Shown here in pieces: positions 25,984-40,427 of a stretch of 64,000 nt of DNA; the stretch's first letter is position 1, and every line of letters starts with the position of its first letter. A program made the position numbers and the translations under genes. The notes beneath the pieces are model-generated. The model did no database searches, was not told where the DNA came from, and saw nothing but the letters and a program-made list of their open reading frames with translations. The DNA comes from Eledone cirrhosa (taxonomy: Eukaryota): contig OZ024745.1 in NCBI GenBank assembly GCA_964016885.1, forward strand, positions 20,150,001-20,214,000, written 5' to 3'.

Positions 25984-28214
25984 GTATATACAATGCATAC
26001 AAATATTATATCTATTGATCTATTTTTAATCAGTTTCGTTTTTTTTTCTCTCCCCTTTCCTGTTTTTTTTTTTGTGGTGATGAAGTAAGGCCATGTGTCA
26101 AGTTTATTTTTTGTGATGTTTACTTATATTATATCCAAACATTATGTAGGTGAGAAAAGATGATAATAGTTGTAATTACATGTTTCTACAGAAATACACA
26201 TAATATCATTAGTAGTGTTATTAATAAACAACTGTTACATTGATATGTACTTATTTACTTCTTCATCGGTAATCTCACTTTCCTGATCTTCTCTCTCTCT
26301 TTCTTCATAACTAAACTTTAACAAACTATATCACCAATGTTTCTACTTTTCTCTCTTCCCCTCTTCTCTACACAACTTTGGTGTGTTTCTTGGCTGCTGC
26401 AAAATTTATTTTTCATTTTTTTTTTCTTTTCTTTTTTTTTCTCCAATTTATTTTTTTCACTGCTGAAATGAATTTCAGGGGGTTTGTGCAGTTAATTCAG
26501 TGTATGTTCGTAATCTAACCATCCAATTCTGGCTGTGAGTGCTCTGACTTCTGCTCAACTTTTGGCTAAAGATATATCTGAACTAGCACTGCTTATGCTC
26601 TGCTTGCATTCTAACCCCCCCCCCCCCCCTTCTCCCCCCACTAATATAAAACCTATCTAGAACGACTGGTTACCCCCTCCCCCTATTAGTGCAAGTGCAT
26701 TGTTAATGTTCAACTCTAGGACCTCTCTCACTTTCATTTTGATTTTAGCTTTGTCTATAAACGGGTATATATCAGGTCATTCTCCCTAAAGATTCCATCT
26801 TATTTTTAAAATCTCTTTCACTGTGTGGCTTTGTGCTTTTAGTTTTCTGTTGAGCCTTCTTCCTTCCTTTCTACCTCCCTTTCTTCCTTCATTGAGATCC
26901 ATACAGCAACTATTACTCCTCTCTTTCCACCTTTATTCTGCTTTACTAAATAAACTCTACTTTTGTTCATACAAGAAATTATAAAAAAAGATAATTATTT
27001 ATCATTTTAATTTCTTGAATTATAATTATTGTGTCATTTCTAAATACATATTTTTCTGTTGTACAAATATAGTGTTTTGTTGTTTGGATGTTCCCCTGCC
27101 CCCACCAACCTCCCATTCTCAACATTTCATTCTTATCTCAACAGCTTTGAAAATAGTGAAAGTCTGTATATATTCATGAATGTATTGCACCTGTATGAAA
27201 GTCTGTTTGTATTACACCTGAATGAAGGTCTGTATGTATTACACCGGTATGAAAATCTGTTTGTATTGCACCTGTATGAAAGTCTGTATACTTGTATTAA
27301 TTGCACCTGTTTGAAAAGCTTAAATTTAACGATATTCTAAAGATTCCAGTTGTGCTACAACACATATGTTCTTAGTTTAATAAGGATGTTAATTTTGAAT
27401 AAGTTGTATTTTGTTGTTTTTGTATGATCCTCCTTTCTGTCACATCCATCCTAGTGCCACTATGTTCTGTAAGAATAACTTGATAATAGACAATTAGTGA
27501 CTAACAATTACTATTGTTTTAGTTTTACAGAGAAAACATTCAAATTTTTGTCTTTCTTTAAACTTTGCCAATAGTCATTTCTTTTCTTTTGTATGTATAT
27601 TGTATTAATTCTACACATGCCACAGCTCTACTTCATGTGCCTACAATTGCAATCTCTTTCTGACAAATGCTATAAATTTGTAGCTTAATGTATACACAAG
27701 TACACCTATGCACACAAACATACATCTACCCCCATCCTTTCTCTCTGTCTACATATCTGGTTCATTAAGTAGAGACAATAAATAAATTATCTAACTACAC
27801 ACATACATACATACATACATACACACACATACATACATACATACATACATACACACACACATGCATATACACACACACACCTAGAGAATTCTTTTGATTT
27901 GATAAATGTTGTTATTCCAACATTTGTAGGAAGTGCAACTGTATAATAAGTCAATTGAAAGATTTAGTGCTCTGCTAGCTACTGGCTGTGGTGGGTTTTA
28001 TTTTTCCTTCAAATTTGATTATTATTTTACACTGCTCAGTTTTTTCTTTATTCCATCTGCAGTATCTAAACCAGATGCTGTCTCACCATGGCTATCCCAA
28101 AATACAAAAAAAGGAAAAAAAAATAATACTGACTGTCTCTACATGTCCAATTATTACTCTCTCTCCCTCTCTGTGTCTACGATCCACTCTGAGTCCTACT
28201 CTCTCACTCTCTCT

Positions 28215-28249
<35 letters not shown>

Positions 28250-28281
28250 GCATGTGTGTATATATATATATATGCATGTGT

Positions 28282-28325
<44 letters not shown>

Positions 28326-28336
28326 CATACTCACAG

Positions 28337-28418
<82 letters not shown>

Positions 28419-28856
28419 TATTATATTCTTTTTTTTTTTTTCCAATATTAATCCCAGCCCCTTCCTGTCCACAATCTATAAGATGCATCTATTTGAAAAA
28501 AGGGGAAAAAAAAAAAAATTCAATAACAAACAAAAAATTGTGCTCTTTTTCAACAAACTTTAAAAATAATTCCAATTGAAATGAATGAAAAAAAAAAAAG
28601 ATTTAAATGAAGCTAATTGGAACCTCCTTTGAATCTGATAAAAAAACTGTACAGTTCAAGGCACCATTCAGAACTTGTTTTATTACCATTTTTTTCTTGT
28701 TTTCTTTTTCTTTTGAATGCTGTTTTCAAAGTCTCTGTAACAATTAAAAAAAAATACTTCATGACTTCTGTGTGTATGTGTGCATGCATATCTGTCTATG
28801 TATATATATATGTGTATGTGTGTGTGTGCACAATTCTATACACACATAAACACCAG

Positions 28857-28909
<53 letters not shown>

Positions 28910-28996
28910 TGTATAAATAATGTATGTGTATGCACATATATATATATTTATCTGTATGTATATGTATGTGTATACATATATGTGTATGCATGTATA

Positions 28997-29049
<53 letters not shown>

Positions 29050-29109
29050 TCACACACATGCATACATATATATATGTAAATATATATATATATATATATA
29101 TGTTAATCC

Positions 29110-29149
<40 letters not shown>

Positions 29150-29449
29150 GTATGTGTGTGTATATATATATCCATATATACACTCACGTGTGTGTGCGCG
29201 CGCGTATAATACGTGTGTTTCTTAAAAAAAATAAACAAAAAAGAAAGAAGTTGTTTGTGAATATTGCAGAATTCAAGCAAATGTATGTACAGAAATTAAA
29301 AAAAAAATACACAAAAAAAAACAAAAAGAAAAAAACTCCAATAAACCTAATGGTTGCAATATTACAATGTAAGTGAAATAAATTTTGTAAAGAAAAAGTA
29401 AAGACTTTTCTGCTGTTGTGAATTTGTTTGTATCACATACATATATACA

Positions 29450-29505
<56 letters not shown>

Positions 29506-29658
29506 TACATATATATATACATATATACATACATATATACATACATATATATATATACATACACATATATATATATAAACATACATATATATATATATAT
29601 ATACATACATACATATATACATATATATATACATACATATATACATACATATATATAT

Positions 29659-29689
<31 letters not shown>

Positions 29690-29822
29690 CATATACATAT
29701 ATATATATACATACATATATATATATATATACATATATACATACATATATACATATATAAATACATACATACATACATACATATATATACCTCTATACAT
29801 ATATACATACATACAGACAGAC

Positions 29823-29863
<41 letters not shown>

Positions 29864-29879
29864 TACATACATACATACA

Positions 29880-30475
29880 TACATACATGGTGGCTGCCAA
29901 CTCGTTTTCGAGTACGGCCACTACTTTATATCCATGTAGGAGAACCCCTACCGATGCGCTGAACGAGTGTGACTTTTTAGTCCAGCCAGCGACTTGAAAA
30001 CTCTGGTACAAACACTACACCTGTGGCAATTATTGACATATAGTGCTGGGCCCATGGCACCATGTGACGACAAGTGCAGCGCGATCTCCAGATATAAAGC
30101 AATGCCTGTGCCGTGAAGCTTTTATAGTGAGCAAAGGCACTGCACAAAGCTAGTGCCACTCTCTTAACCAAGATGATATTTACCAAAAAGAAGAACAAGT
30201 CAACATCATTGGATACCATCAGAGTTTTCCTTCTCCTAGAATTCTGCCTTGACAAAGGCTAAGGGGTCATCTCTCCCGGTGATTTTGGATGGCCATTGAC
30301 TCTTAAGAGCTCCTTTGTCTTTTGACAGGTTTTGTTTTTAGTCCTGCAGGATGTCCAAAGTCACCCTCCTCACCAAGAAACCTTGGTGTGGTTGCCAGTT
30401 TAGTCGCCAACGACCCGACCATGGGACAGGTTGTACTGGGGTACATGTTACCAGTAGCACCAACTGGTGACCTGA
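29880..30475. mobile_element. Interspersed repeat inserted in (TACA)n, possibly a LINE 5' region
   Basis: 29880-30270 recurs inverted at 47266-47676; 30320-30465 is homologous, inverted, to about 49890-50035. Confidence 0.7.
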
Positions 30476-30538
30476 CATACATACATACATATATACATAT
30501 ATATATATACATATATATATACATATATACATATATAT

Positions 30539-30583
<45 letters not shown>

Positions 30584-30819
30584 TAAATACATACATACAT
30601 ACATACATATGTACAAACACATACATATATACATCTATACATATATACATACAGACAGACAGACAGACAGACAGATATATATATATACATATATACATAC
30701 ATACATACATATATATATACATATATACATATACACAGACAGACATACATATATATACAAAATATTAAAACAATCAAATCTTAGTTTAATACATTTATTT
30801 GCTGACAAATAAATGAGGG

Positions 30820-31120
30820 ACGTGTATATATATATATATATATAACCCCCCCCCCCACACACACACACACGTGTATATATATATATATATAACCCCCCCC
30901 CCACACACACACACGTGTATATATATATATATATATAACCCCCCCACACACACACACACGTGTATATATATATATATATATATAACCCCCCCCCCCCCAC
31001 ACACACACACGTGTATATATATATATATATATAACCCCCCCCACACACACACACACGTATATATATATATATATATATATAACCCCCCCACACACACACA
31101 CGTATATATATATATATAAC
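30820..31120. repeat. Compound tandem repeat (CGTG-(TA)n-A-(C)n-(AC)n), about 6 copies
   Basis: Periodic module of about 45-50 bp, directly visible. Confidence 0.85.
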
Positions 31121-31169
31121 TCAGTCCATGGTGTAATGTGGCCATGTAGGTAACACAGTAAAAACCTCC

Positions 31170-31344
31170 CAGTTCCACACTGTAAATGTGGTTGGTGTTA
31201 GGAAGGGCATCCAGCCATAGAAAACCTGCCAGATATTCCTATATGAGCAAGACACGGTCACCCGACCAACCTTGCCTCAAGTGGCACAACTCCCGTCTAA
31301 CCCATGGTAGCGTGGAAGATGGACGTTAAACGAAGATGATGATG

Positions 31345-31345
<1 letters not shown>
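31170..31345 (+). mobile_element. RTE-type 3' UTR fragment with (GAT)n tail
   Basis: Homologous to 39890-40074 (GGTTGGTGTTAGGAAGGGCATCCAGC...GTCTAACCCATG..AGCGTGGAAG..GGACGT). Confidence 0.8.
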
Positions 31346-31404
<59 letters not shown>

Positions 31405-31690
31405 AAGCAATGTAATACACTTGATAATTTACATTGAACCTTTTATCCTCCCGGTAACTGGCTAGTACTTAGTACGACCCTCCATATTTATAATTGTATA
31501 TTAAACATATATAAGTATAAATATTATTATCATAATTACTACATATATATGTATGTATATGTTGGGTAGGGTATATCTCCCTTACTGTGCTCAGGGGCAG
31601 TGTCTTCTCCATTGTGTCGGTTGCGACCACGAGGTGGATGCCATATTAGGGTATGAGTAGGGTGGCACCCAGACATACATGTTACCACAT

Positions 31691-32359
31691 AGTCAAATTA
31701 ATAAGATATTACGGCTAGAAGCTATTGTATTAACCAGCAACACTGTCTCTATACAGTTACTGCACTAGCTAGAAATAGCAGTCAAATTAATAAGATATTA
31801 CGGCTAGAAGCTATTGTATTAACCAGCAACACTGTCTCTATACAGTTACTGCACTAGCTAGAAATAGCAGTCAAATTAATAAGATATTACGGCTAGAAGC
31901 TATTGTATTAACCAGCAACACTGTCTCTATACAGTTACTGCACTAGCTAGAAATAGCAGTCAAATTAATAAGATATTACGGCTAGAAGCTATTGTATTAA
32001 CCAGCAACACTGTCTCTATACAGTTACTGCACTAGCTAGAAATAGCAGTCAAATTAATAAGATATTACGGCTAGAAGCTATTGTATTAACCAGCAACACT
32101 GTCTCTATACAGTTACTGCACTAGCTAGAAATAGCAGTCAAATTAATAAGATATTACGGCTAGAAGCTATTGTATTAACCAGCAACACTGTCTCTATACA
32201 GTTACTGCACTAGCTAGAAATAGCAGTCAAATTAATAAAATATTACGGCTAGAAGCTATTGTATTAACCAGCAACACTGTCTCTATACAGTTACTGCACT
32301 AGCTAGAAATAGCAGTCAAATTAATAAAATATTACGGCTAGAAGCTATTGTATTAACCA
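31691..32359. repeat. 89-bp tandem repeat, about 7.5 near-identical copies
   Basis: Unit starts AGTCAAATTAATAAGATATTACGGCTAGAAGC; recurs at 31691, 31780 and onward. Confidence 0.95.
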
Positions 32360-32362
32360 ACA

Positions 32363-32572
32363 ATTGGCAGTATCAGTGGAGCATCGGACAACATGCTTTA
32401 TGGCATAGAGTTACAACCCTTTACATTCTGAATTCAAATCCTGCCGAGGTTAGCGTTGCCTTTCATCTTTACAGGGTCGATAAAAATAAAGTACCAGTAA
32501 CGTACTGTTGATTTCATCAATTTTCCCCTTCCCCAAAATTGCTGGCGTTGTGCCTAAATCAGAAACCATTAT
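32363..32572 (+). mobile_element. SINE family A
   Basis: Family head, core and tail motifs present. Confidence 0.8.
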
Positions 32573-32709
32573 TCTGTTTTGCTGCTGTCAATACAATGTG
32601 AAGGTAACTAACATGCTGCAGTTCTTTTGTCTTTCCAATTGTGAATTCATATTCAACTTCAGTTATTGTGACTTTATCTTGGAAATGTCACAATCATTTT
32701 TCTTCTTTT

Positions 32710-32892
32710 CCCACTTATTCCCGAGAGAATCATTGAGGCAGAGTCCTCAAACACTCCTTCCAGCGGGTCCTGTCAGAGCAACTGTCTCTAACTGATCCAG
32801 CTGGATCCCCAAGTGTGACCAGCCAAGCTCATGGATATTATCCAACTATCGGGCTCGGGGTCTACCCCTGGGTCTCCTGCCAGTTGGTTTTT
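32710..32892 (-). mobile_element. Degenerate RTE-type LINE 3' fragment
   Basis: - strand translates KPTGRRPRGRPRAR*LDNIHELGWSHLGIQ, the G.RPRGRP..RW.D C-terminal motif of RTE ORFs, with an internal stop. Confidence 0.65.
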
Positions 32893-33069
32893 CCAATAAT
32901 TATATTTACATAATTTGGGAAACCTTGTGTAGTCAACAGACACTACACTGCAAAGGAACAAAATAGTTTAACATTTCTTAATTAAATACTTTAATGATAT
33001 AAATTGGGAACTATTTGAGGTTAATTTAATCTTTCATTGTAATCCATGAATCGCTGAAGTGATTAACAA

Positions 33070-33520
33070 AATCATCAGCATCATCGTCATCACTACCATC
33101 ACATCATCATCCTTACCATCATCATCATCATCCTTACCATCATCATCATCATTATTATCCTTATTATCATCGTCATCACTACCACCACCATCACATCATC
33201 ATCCTTACCATCATCATCATTATCATCATCATCATTATCCTTATTATGACCATTGTCATCATCGTCGTTATGATCATCATTGTCATCAGCACCACCACCA
33301 TCATTGTCATTACCTCCACCACCACCATCATTGTCATTACCTCCACCACCACCACCATCATTGTCATTACCTCCACCACCACCATCATTGTCATCACCAC
33401 CACCACCACCACCACCATCATTGTCATCACCTCCACCACCACCACCATTGTCATCACCACCACCACCACCACCACCACCATCATTGTCATCACCACCACC
33501 ATTATCATCATCACCACTTA
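33070..33520. repeat. (CAT/CAC)n trinucleotide low-complexity array
   Basis: Directly visible; explains the poly-H/P/T/V ORFs. Confidence 0.95.
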
Positions 33521-33644
33521 TCTTATGTTGATAATGTAATTACCTGTGAAATTCTCGGTCTATTTAATTGACTATAACCCTAGTATCACAGTGTTTTGTT
33601 TTGTACCTAAACTAGTAGAGTGGTGGACAAGTTCTTTGTATTAA

Positions 33645-33873
33645 GCCTTTAATTACTAACCTGGTCCAAACCAGCTCTGGTTCTATGAAATAAAACCACC
33701 CATTTTAAAGGTTTCCAATTTAAATTAAAATCTTCCAACATAATTTTATATAAGAACCTTACATTAAGTTACAATCTTAGTTATGAAATAATTAATGATG
33801 TTAGTAAACCTCTCAAAATTCTTCATTAATTGAAAAAGAGTGTATTTCATTAGAAATGCAGGGATAAAAAGGA
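33645..33873. mobile_element. piggyBac-type MITE (degenerate)
   Basis: TTAA flanks at 33641-44 and 33874-77; inverted homolog of 6434-6645. Confidence 0.6.
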
Positions 33874-34618
33874 TTAATTTACACCACTTTAAATCTGAGT
33901 TCACCCCCACCCCAAAGTTAATTAAATGCTTCCTTTGCTCTTTATATTTGTCATCTTATGCATGCTATCTTGCTGGAATCATGCCTGGTATCCTCTACAT
34001 CAATGTCTACTAAAATACTGATTAACAGGGAATTCTAGGAACCTCGGAGATTGTCAGTGGCCATTTGTTGCTAATTACAGTCTCAAACTGACTGAAATTA
34101 TACTATTTACCCAAACATGACATACAATTTTATGAAATTCCACAATAAAAACAAAACAAAACAAAACAAAACTAAACAAAAAAAAAAACATTGCATTCAA
34201 TTGCACTAGTATTTTTATTAATGAATTTAGTCAGGGCAGGAGATTGACAGAATCCTTTGAAGTAAAGGGGAGGAGGATTGAGAGAAACCTTTGAACTAAG
34301 GGTGGAGGGCTGGGAAAGTTCTTTGAAGTAAGAACGGGGATTGGGAGAATCATTTGAAGGGCAGGAGAATAGGAGAAACTTTTGAAGTAAGGGAGAAGGA
34401 ATGGGAGAGTCCTTTGAGCGTAGAATGAAATACATGACAGTATTTTGTTACAGTTCTTTACATTCTGGTTTCAAACCCTGCCAAGGTCAACTGTCTTTCA
34501 TCTTTGTGGGGTCGATAAAATAGAATACTAGTAAAGTATTGGAGTCGGTATAATCAACTTTCACTTGCCCTCCCCAGCATTGTTGACCTTGACCCTAAAT
34601 TAGAAACCATCTATGAAT

Positions 34619-36322
34619 CTAGTACAGCATTTCATCATTTCGGCACTTGGACACCGCAGACGTCCATGTGGCGGAGGTTTGCTTCTGTTTAATATTTTTG
34701 GTATCTTCTTTATGATCTGAGTAGCTGTTGTCATGTAATATTTGCTCGTAACGTTTGAGAAACGCTCTTCTTAAGGTATGTCCAGTTGTAAAACCACTCT
34801 TTGAAAAAACAGACACACCTTTCTCTAAAGAAGGCATTTGGTTCATATGATCATCATCCTGATCATATTTTATTGATAATGTATTGTCGCTGGCATATGG
34901 ATCAGATGAATAGCAGGTATCTGAATCAAGATAACCTTCGTTTCCATTTTCTAAGACTCGGTTGTTTCTTGGGAGATGATCATTCTCAATGTTACTTACT
35001 CGCTGCATTTTCATGGTTTTACGAATAATTTCTCTGATTTCATCAGCCTCAGATGTACTTTGGCTGCAACATATATCTGTAATTGACAACACATGAAGAA
35101 TCGTTCCCCATCGATGGATTATCATCCCTATAAACTGTAATGATATAATTATTGAGAAAAACACCAGAAATATCATACCAAGAGGTTCTATTGTAAGATA
35201 TGGTTGGTCTTGATCTAAGTGAGGTATCTTAAAGAACACTTTCTCTTTCAGTTCATCTTGCATGATGTGAAGTTGCATAGACATTGCAATCCAAAGTGTA
35301 TTAGTCATAAAAAATGCAAAGACTGCACTATTTCTCATCTCTTTTAGATCTTTCTTGATTCGTTGTTGTTGCTGGGTGTTTTCATTAAGAGGGTATATAT
35401 ATTTTTGAATCAACTGCCTCCAAAAAAGGTTTTCCCGATTATTAAGTTGCCTGATCAAACCATTACCAATTTTATTGCTCTGAATCCAACTAGAAGAATT
35501 TTGTGGTTCTTCTAAATATGTTTTCAGTTTATGGAATTGACTGTTCACCGTCTTGCAATGTTCTACAGGTTCTGAAAGAGAGAGATCATCCGTCTGTGTA
35601 TGTTTTGTAGAGACGCTTCTTTGTTTCATCGGTGACACTTCCTTGCTATCGCGTACTTCAGTGAGAACAGACTCCAATAGATGTTCCATTGATGTATTTC
35701 TATTTGATGGTGTGTTTTTTAAAGACTTCATTTGATAAAACATTTCCGACATCTCCTTAAAGATTATATCAATCCCTAACCAGGACAGGACTCCTTTCTT
35801 TTTAGATTTATTTTTTCTATCTTCTCGTCTCTTTTTTTCGTCATCATCACCTTTAGACATCTCTGTGGGGATTTCTCTGGTTCCCCAAGAGACTGTATTT
35901 AAATTACACAGGTAATAGATTGTCAACAAAAGGTAACCAGAAGGGATACATATGAAATACAGAGTTCCTGGAATTATACATAACACTTCTTCTGGGTGTA
36001 ATATGGCTGCTAGGAAGAACACTATTCCCAATAAAATCAAGAAAAATACATTTGGACTTGTGATGGAGCCTTCAAAAGAATTTACCAATGTTCCAACGAC
36101 AACTATCATCATAACAATAGCATAGACTGCACTCATGACTGCAGCAAATATAATCTGAGTGGATGACTTGGAAAATATACAGACAATAATATACAAAATA
36201 GATGGTATGATTGATATAGAATATGCTGCTAAGGTTCCAATCTTGAGAACGACTGTAAAAGATCCTGCCATCATTAACATAATCGTTGCTGGACCAAGAA
36301 TTGTGGATATTAAAAGAAATGT
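34619..36322 (-). CDS. CHS: Myosin-fused chitin synthase, last exon (TM cluster, SWGTRE, charged region, C-terminal TMs and tail)
   Basis: TTCATTGCAG acceptor, phase 0; 568 codons to TAG; NLNTVSWGTRE and IEPLG motifs. Confidence 0.96.
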   Translation of the reverse strand, partial: TFLLISTILGPATIMLMMAGSFTVVLKIGTLAAYSISIIPSILYIIVCIFSKSSTQIIFAAVMSAVYAIVMMIVVVGTLVNSFEGSITSPNVFFLILLGIVFFLAAILHPEEVLCIIPGTLYFICIPSGYLLLTIYYLCNLNTVSWGTREIPTEMSKGDDDEKKRREDRKNKSKKKGVLSWLGIDIIFKEMSEMFYQMKSLKNTPSNRNTSMEHLLESVLTEVRDSKEVSPMKQRSVSTKHTQTDDLSLSEPVEHCKTVNSQFHKLKTYLEEPQNSSSWIQSNKIGNGLIRQLNNRENLFWRQLIQKYIYPLNENTQQQQRIKKDLKEMRNSAVFAFFMTNTLWIAMSMQLHIMQDELKEKVFFKIPHLDQDQPYLTIEPLGMIFLVFFSIIISLQFIGMIIHRWGTILHVLSITDICCSQSTSEADEIREIIRKTMKMQRVSNIENDHLPRNNRVLENGNEGYLDSDTCYSSDPYASDNTLSIKYDQDDDHMNQMPSLEKGVSVFSKSGFTTGHTLRRAFLKRYEQILHDNSYSDHKEDTKNIKQKQTSATWTSAVSKCRNDEMLY

Positions 36323-36821
36323 CTGCAATGAAAAGAAAAATGGTAAAAAAACCTATTTAAGAAAAGATCAATGTAGAGGGTAACCACCCTAAACATCAAT
36401 TTGTCAACATTTATCTCATTTACTTACAAAATTAACAAATATGAAGATATACAAATATAAATATTATGGCAGTGTTACTTTATTGGTATGTAACCACCCT
36501 ATATATCCTAAATTCTAAAACCATTTAACTATCAGAAAATGTTTTGTTTTGAGAAAATAATGGCTGACTAGATTGTAGCAGGATAAAATGTCCTGCAGAA
36601 TTTAGTTTTGTTCTCAGTTGAAATACTGCTGGCATCAACATTTTTTACTGGGTTCAATAAAACTAGTAACTATCAAAAACTACAATATACTGTGGCTATG
36701 CTGGAGCCACACTGGGGTACAACCTTCATTATATATATATACTACAATATACTGTGGCCATGCTGGGGCACAAACTTGATTTTATATATATATACTGTGG
36801 CCACACTGGGGCACAAACTTG

Positions 36822-36864
<43 letters not shown>

Positions 36865-37789
36865 TACTGGTAATAAGGTAGTAATAAATTACTGACCTTC
36901 CCTGTTTATAGTTTAAAATATACATAACTATAAATAGTATCCTTAATATTATATATATACTACAATAGACTGTGGCCATGCTAGAGCACCAGCTTGATAT
37001 ATACAATAATATACTGTGACTGACTGATTGTTGGTCCTTTTATTGGTTTCAGTCACTAGGCTGCAGCCCTGCTGGGGCACCATCTTGATTATACTGCAAA
37101 TATATATATGTATGTATATATATATATATATATATACTGCATCATCTACTTTCTCCATGTATTATGTTCTTTCTGTTTTGCCCTTTTCCCCTCTCAGTAA
37201 ACCCTTGCATTTTAGTGGCCTTATTGCATTGCTTAGAGAGATTAAATTAAACAAACAAAAAAGAAGAAATATCCTCAAGTATTTATTTAGATGTTAAGTT
37301 AGAAGTCAGTGAGTACAGAGAGTCAGATAAGAGACCTATAAAACATTCAGTTTTTTTGTTAAAAGTGCTTACCATCTGGGGTAGTTACCAATAAATCCCC
37401 ATGGATTTCATTCAGAGTTATAATCTGATAAGGAAGACATCATTCAATTAAACTATTTTGTTATCAAGTCAACTTGATAGGTTATTCACACTTCATTGTT
37501 AGCCCTTCTAGGAGAAGTAAGATTAAATGTACTTTTAGAATCACTAAATGAAGAGATTTCCAAACAGTGCATTGCGATACTTTTGTGTGTCACAGATAAT
37601 CTATGTGTGTGTTATTAAATAGGCATAATTACATCTTCAAGAAGATGACTCACATTCATTCACTTTCGGTGAACATAGTCTTAGCCAGGAGATGTTGATG
37701 TCATCAGACAGTGTCTAACGTTCATTGGGTACTCTGAACCTCAACCGCAATACTCTCTTATTGGTGGGTCAGCAGAGGTGGCCAAATTA

Positions 37790-37910
37790 TTGCCCATCTT
37801 TGTCTCTTGGTTTCCAGCTTATCTCCTCTTTGCTACTCCAAAGCCAACGAGAGGCCATTCTGCTGCCTCCCTCATCCTGTGAACTGCAGCCTTCTTCTCT
37901 CTTCCTGAGA
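37790..37910 (-). mobile_element. Frameshifted 3' fragment of a HERO/NeSL-like RLE LINE
   Basis: EKKAAVHRMREAAE/(frameshift)ASRWLWSSKEEISWKP resembles the AAE.AS.WLW..R...W C-terminus; recognised from memory, unverified. Confidence 0.45.
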
Positions 37911-38469
37911 AGAAAGCTGCAGCTTGCAGGATAATCTATGGCTGTGTTATGAAAAAAATGATATCTGATCAATTTTTTAAAATATTTGGCTTCTGAAGTA
38001 AATTTCTGATCTACATCAATTAGACATGGAATAAGCTACTTTTCATCTCGATAGGATGAAAGGCAGACCTCAATGTGATTTGAACTCAGATTGCGCAAAC
38101 AGCTGGAATGAATACCTTAAAGTATTCTATCCAATGTGCTACACAGTAGTTAAGTTCCCTCCTACACTCTCAGGTTGTTGAACATTTTGAATGTATCTTT
38201 AGAGTTTGTTTAATAAGTCGGCAAATGTCTGAGTTGTTAGAGCATGGAGCAAAATGACTTGTGGTTCCAGCTTCCTGCATGCTGGATTCAAATGCAGCCA
38301 ACGTGAAATTTACCTTTCATCCTTTTAGGGTCGATAAATAAAATAGCAGACTATGGCAGCAGATTTATGGAATTGTCAGACCGTTGGACTAAATATCTTG
38401 CAATATTTGTTCCGGCTCTATCCTTTCTGAGATCAAATTACACTATTGCCTAAGTGTGTGTGTGTAGGA

Positions 38470-38860
38470 GGAGGGGGGTAAACTTAATCCATGACCCGGT
38501 CATCACCACCACCTGGCCCTCAGTGGCCATTACCGGAATCCAGTCAGTTACAAACATTCTGGCTTGGTCCAACACCCCCCCCCCCCCCTGTCCCTTAATC
38601 CATAGCATGTTCCAACACCACCCCCTGGCCCTTAGCGTGGTCCAGTCTGTTACAAACATTCTGGCCCAGTGCAACACCACCCCCATGGCCCTTAATCCGT
38701 GGTTTGGTCCAACGCCACCACATGGCCCTTAATCCGTGGTTCGGTCCAAAACCACGACGTGGCCCTTAATCCGTGGTTTGGTCCAACACCACCACATAGC
38801 CCTTAATCTGTGCTTCGGTCCAAAATCACCATGTCCAGTCTGTTACAAACATTCTGGCCA
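38470..38860. repeat. Degenerate tandem repeat of about 39 bp
   Basis: GGCCCTTAATCCGTGGTT(T/C)GGTCCAA.ACCAC..CAT repeated. Confidence 0.75.
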
Positions 38861-39228
38861 GCTCTTCTGTTTGAGGATATAAAACTTTCTCCATTCTTTC
38901 CATTCGTTTTGGAGACCCTGAAAATTGACACAGGTACTCCCTTGCCCCTTACAGTAGAAAGAGAGAAAAAACTATATATATCTTATTACTCTCTTTTACC
39001 TGTGTCAGCGATCCAGCTGAGGTCATACTGGGGAACCGCCCTTGTTGCTACACATTTTATCTCCAGCCTGTATAGGTTGACCACTGGTGTAAGAGGGAGT
39101 TTGTTGCTGTTGCCCTTAGGTTTCCCTAATATATATATATATATTTTATATATATATATATATGTGTATATATATATATCATATATATATTATATATATA
39201 TATGTGTATATATATATATCATATATAT

Positions 39229-40074
39229 AGGGAACTACTACCACTGCTAGCTGCAAAAGGCTTCTCCCTCAGAATGAAAGGCAGACTGTATGATGCGTGT
39301 ATCCGAACAGCGATGTTGCATGGTAGTGAGACCTGGGCGCTGAAGGTGGAAGACCTACGTAGATTAGAGAGAAACGAAGCCTGCATGCTCCGATGGATGT
39401 GTAACAGTAATATACGTGAACGACAAAGCATAAATGAATTGAGAGAGAGACTGAGCATAAGAGGAATCAAATGCTGCGTGCAGGAGAGGTGGTTACGCTG
39501 GTATGGACATGTGATGCGTATGAAGGATGACAGCTGCATAAAAAGGTGCAGAGCACTAGAAGTTGATGGAAACCGCGGAGTGGGGAGACCCAAGATGACT
39601 TGGGATGAGGTGATAAAAGCCGACCTTACCCAACTACACCTCTCAAAGTCAATGACACACGACCGTGACTTCTGGCGTCACGCAGTAATACAGGGTACCC
39701 GACCTCCCATGGGTACATGCTGAAGCATATAAACAATATGCCCCCCCCCCCCACCGCAAGGTGGTCGTGGAGGTGCCACGGCAAAAAAGCACCCAGCCCA
39801 CACTGTAAAGTGGACATGTAGGCGCCACGAAAAAGCACCCAGCACTCACTGTAAAGTGGACGTGTAGGCGCCACGAAAAAGCACCCAGCACTCACTGTAA
39901 ATGAGGTTGGTGTTAGGAAGGGCATCCAGCTGTAGAAATCAAGCCAGATCAGTTCCTGTATGAGCAAGGCATGGTCAGCCGACCAGACACTGCCCACAAC
40001 AGGACAACCCGTCTAACCCATGCTAGCGTGGAAGAACGGACGTAAAAGGGTGATGATGATGATGATGATGATGA
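39229..40074 (+). mobile_element. 5'-truncated RTE-clade LINE (ORF C-terminus, 3' UTR, (GAT)n tail) within TA-rich microsatellite
   Basis: KGRLYDACIRTAMLHGSETW...LRWYGHVMRM...GRPKMTWDEVIKADL, open to a stop at 39723; 3' UTR has a triplicated segment of about 46 bp. Confidence 0.92.
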
Positions 40075-40427
40075 TTATATATATATATGTGTATATATAT
40101 ATCATATATATGTGTATATATATATCATATATATGTGTATATATATATATTATATATATATATATTATATATATATATGTGTATATATATATATTATATA
40201 TATATATGTGTATATATATATATTATATATATATATATTATATATATATATGTGTATATATATATATTATATATATATATATATTATATATATATATGTG
40301 TATATATATATCATATATATATATGTGTATATATATATCATATATATATATGTGTATATATATATATCATATATATATATATATATATATATATAATGTG
40401 TGTGTGTGTAGAAATACGTTAGCATAC

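Noticed and set aside
28200-31120. Numerous YI/HT/VC-rich ORFs here and elsewhere
   Set aside because: Translations of (TA)n, (CA)n and (TACA)n microsatellites.
33059-33571. His-rich ORF downstream of chitin synthase, reminiscent of His-rich beak proteins
   Set aside because: A (CAT/CAC)n microsatellite open in several frames, with no convincing gene structure and no Gly/Ala-rich motifs.
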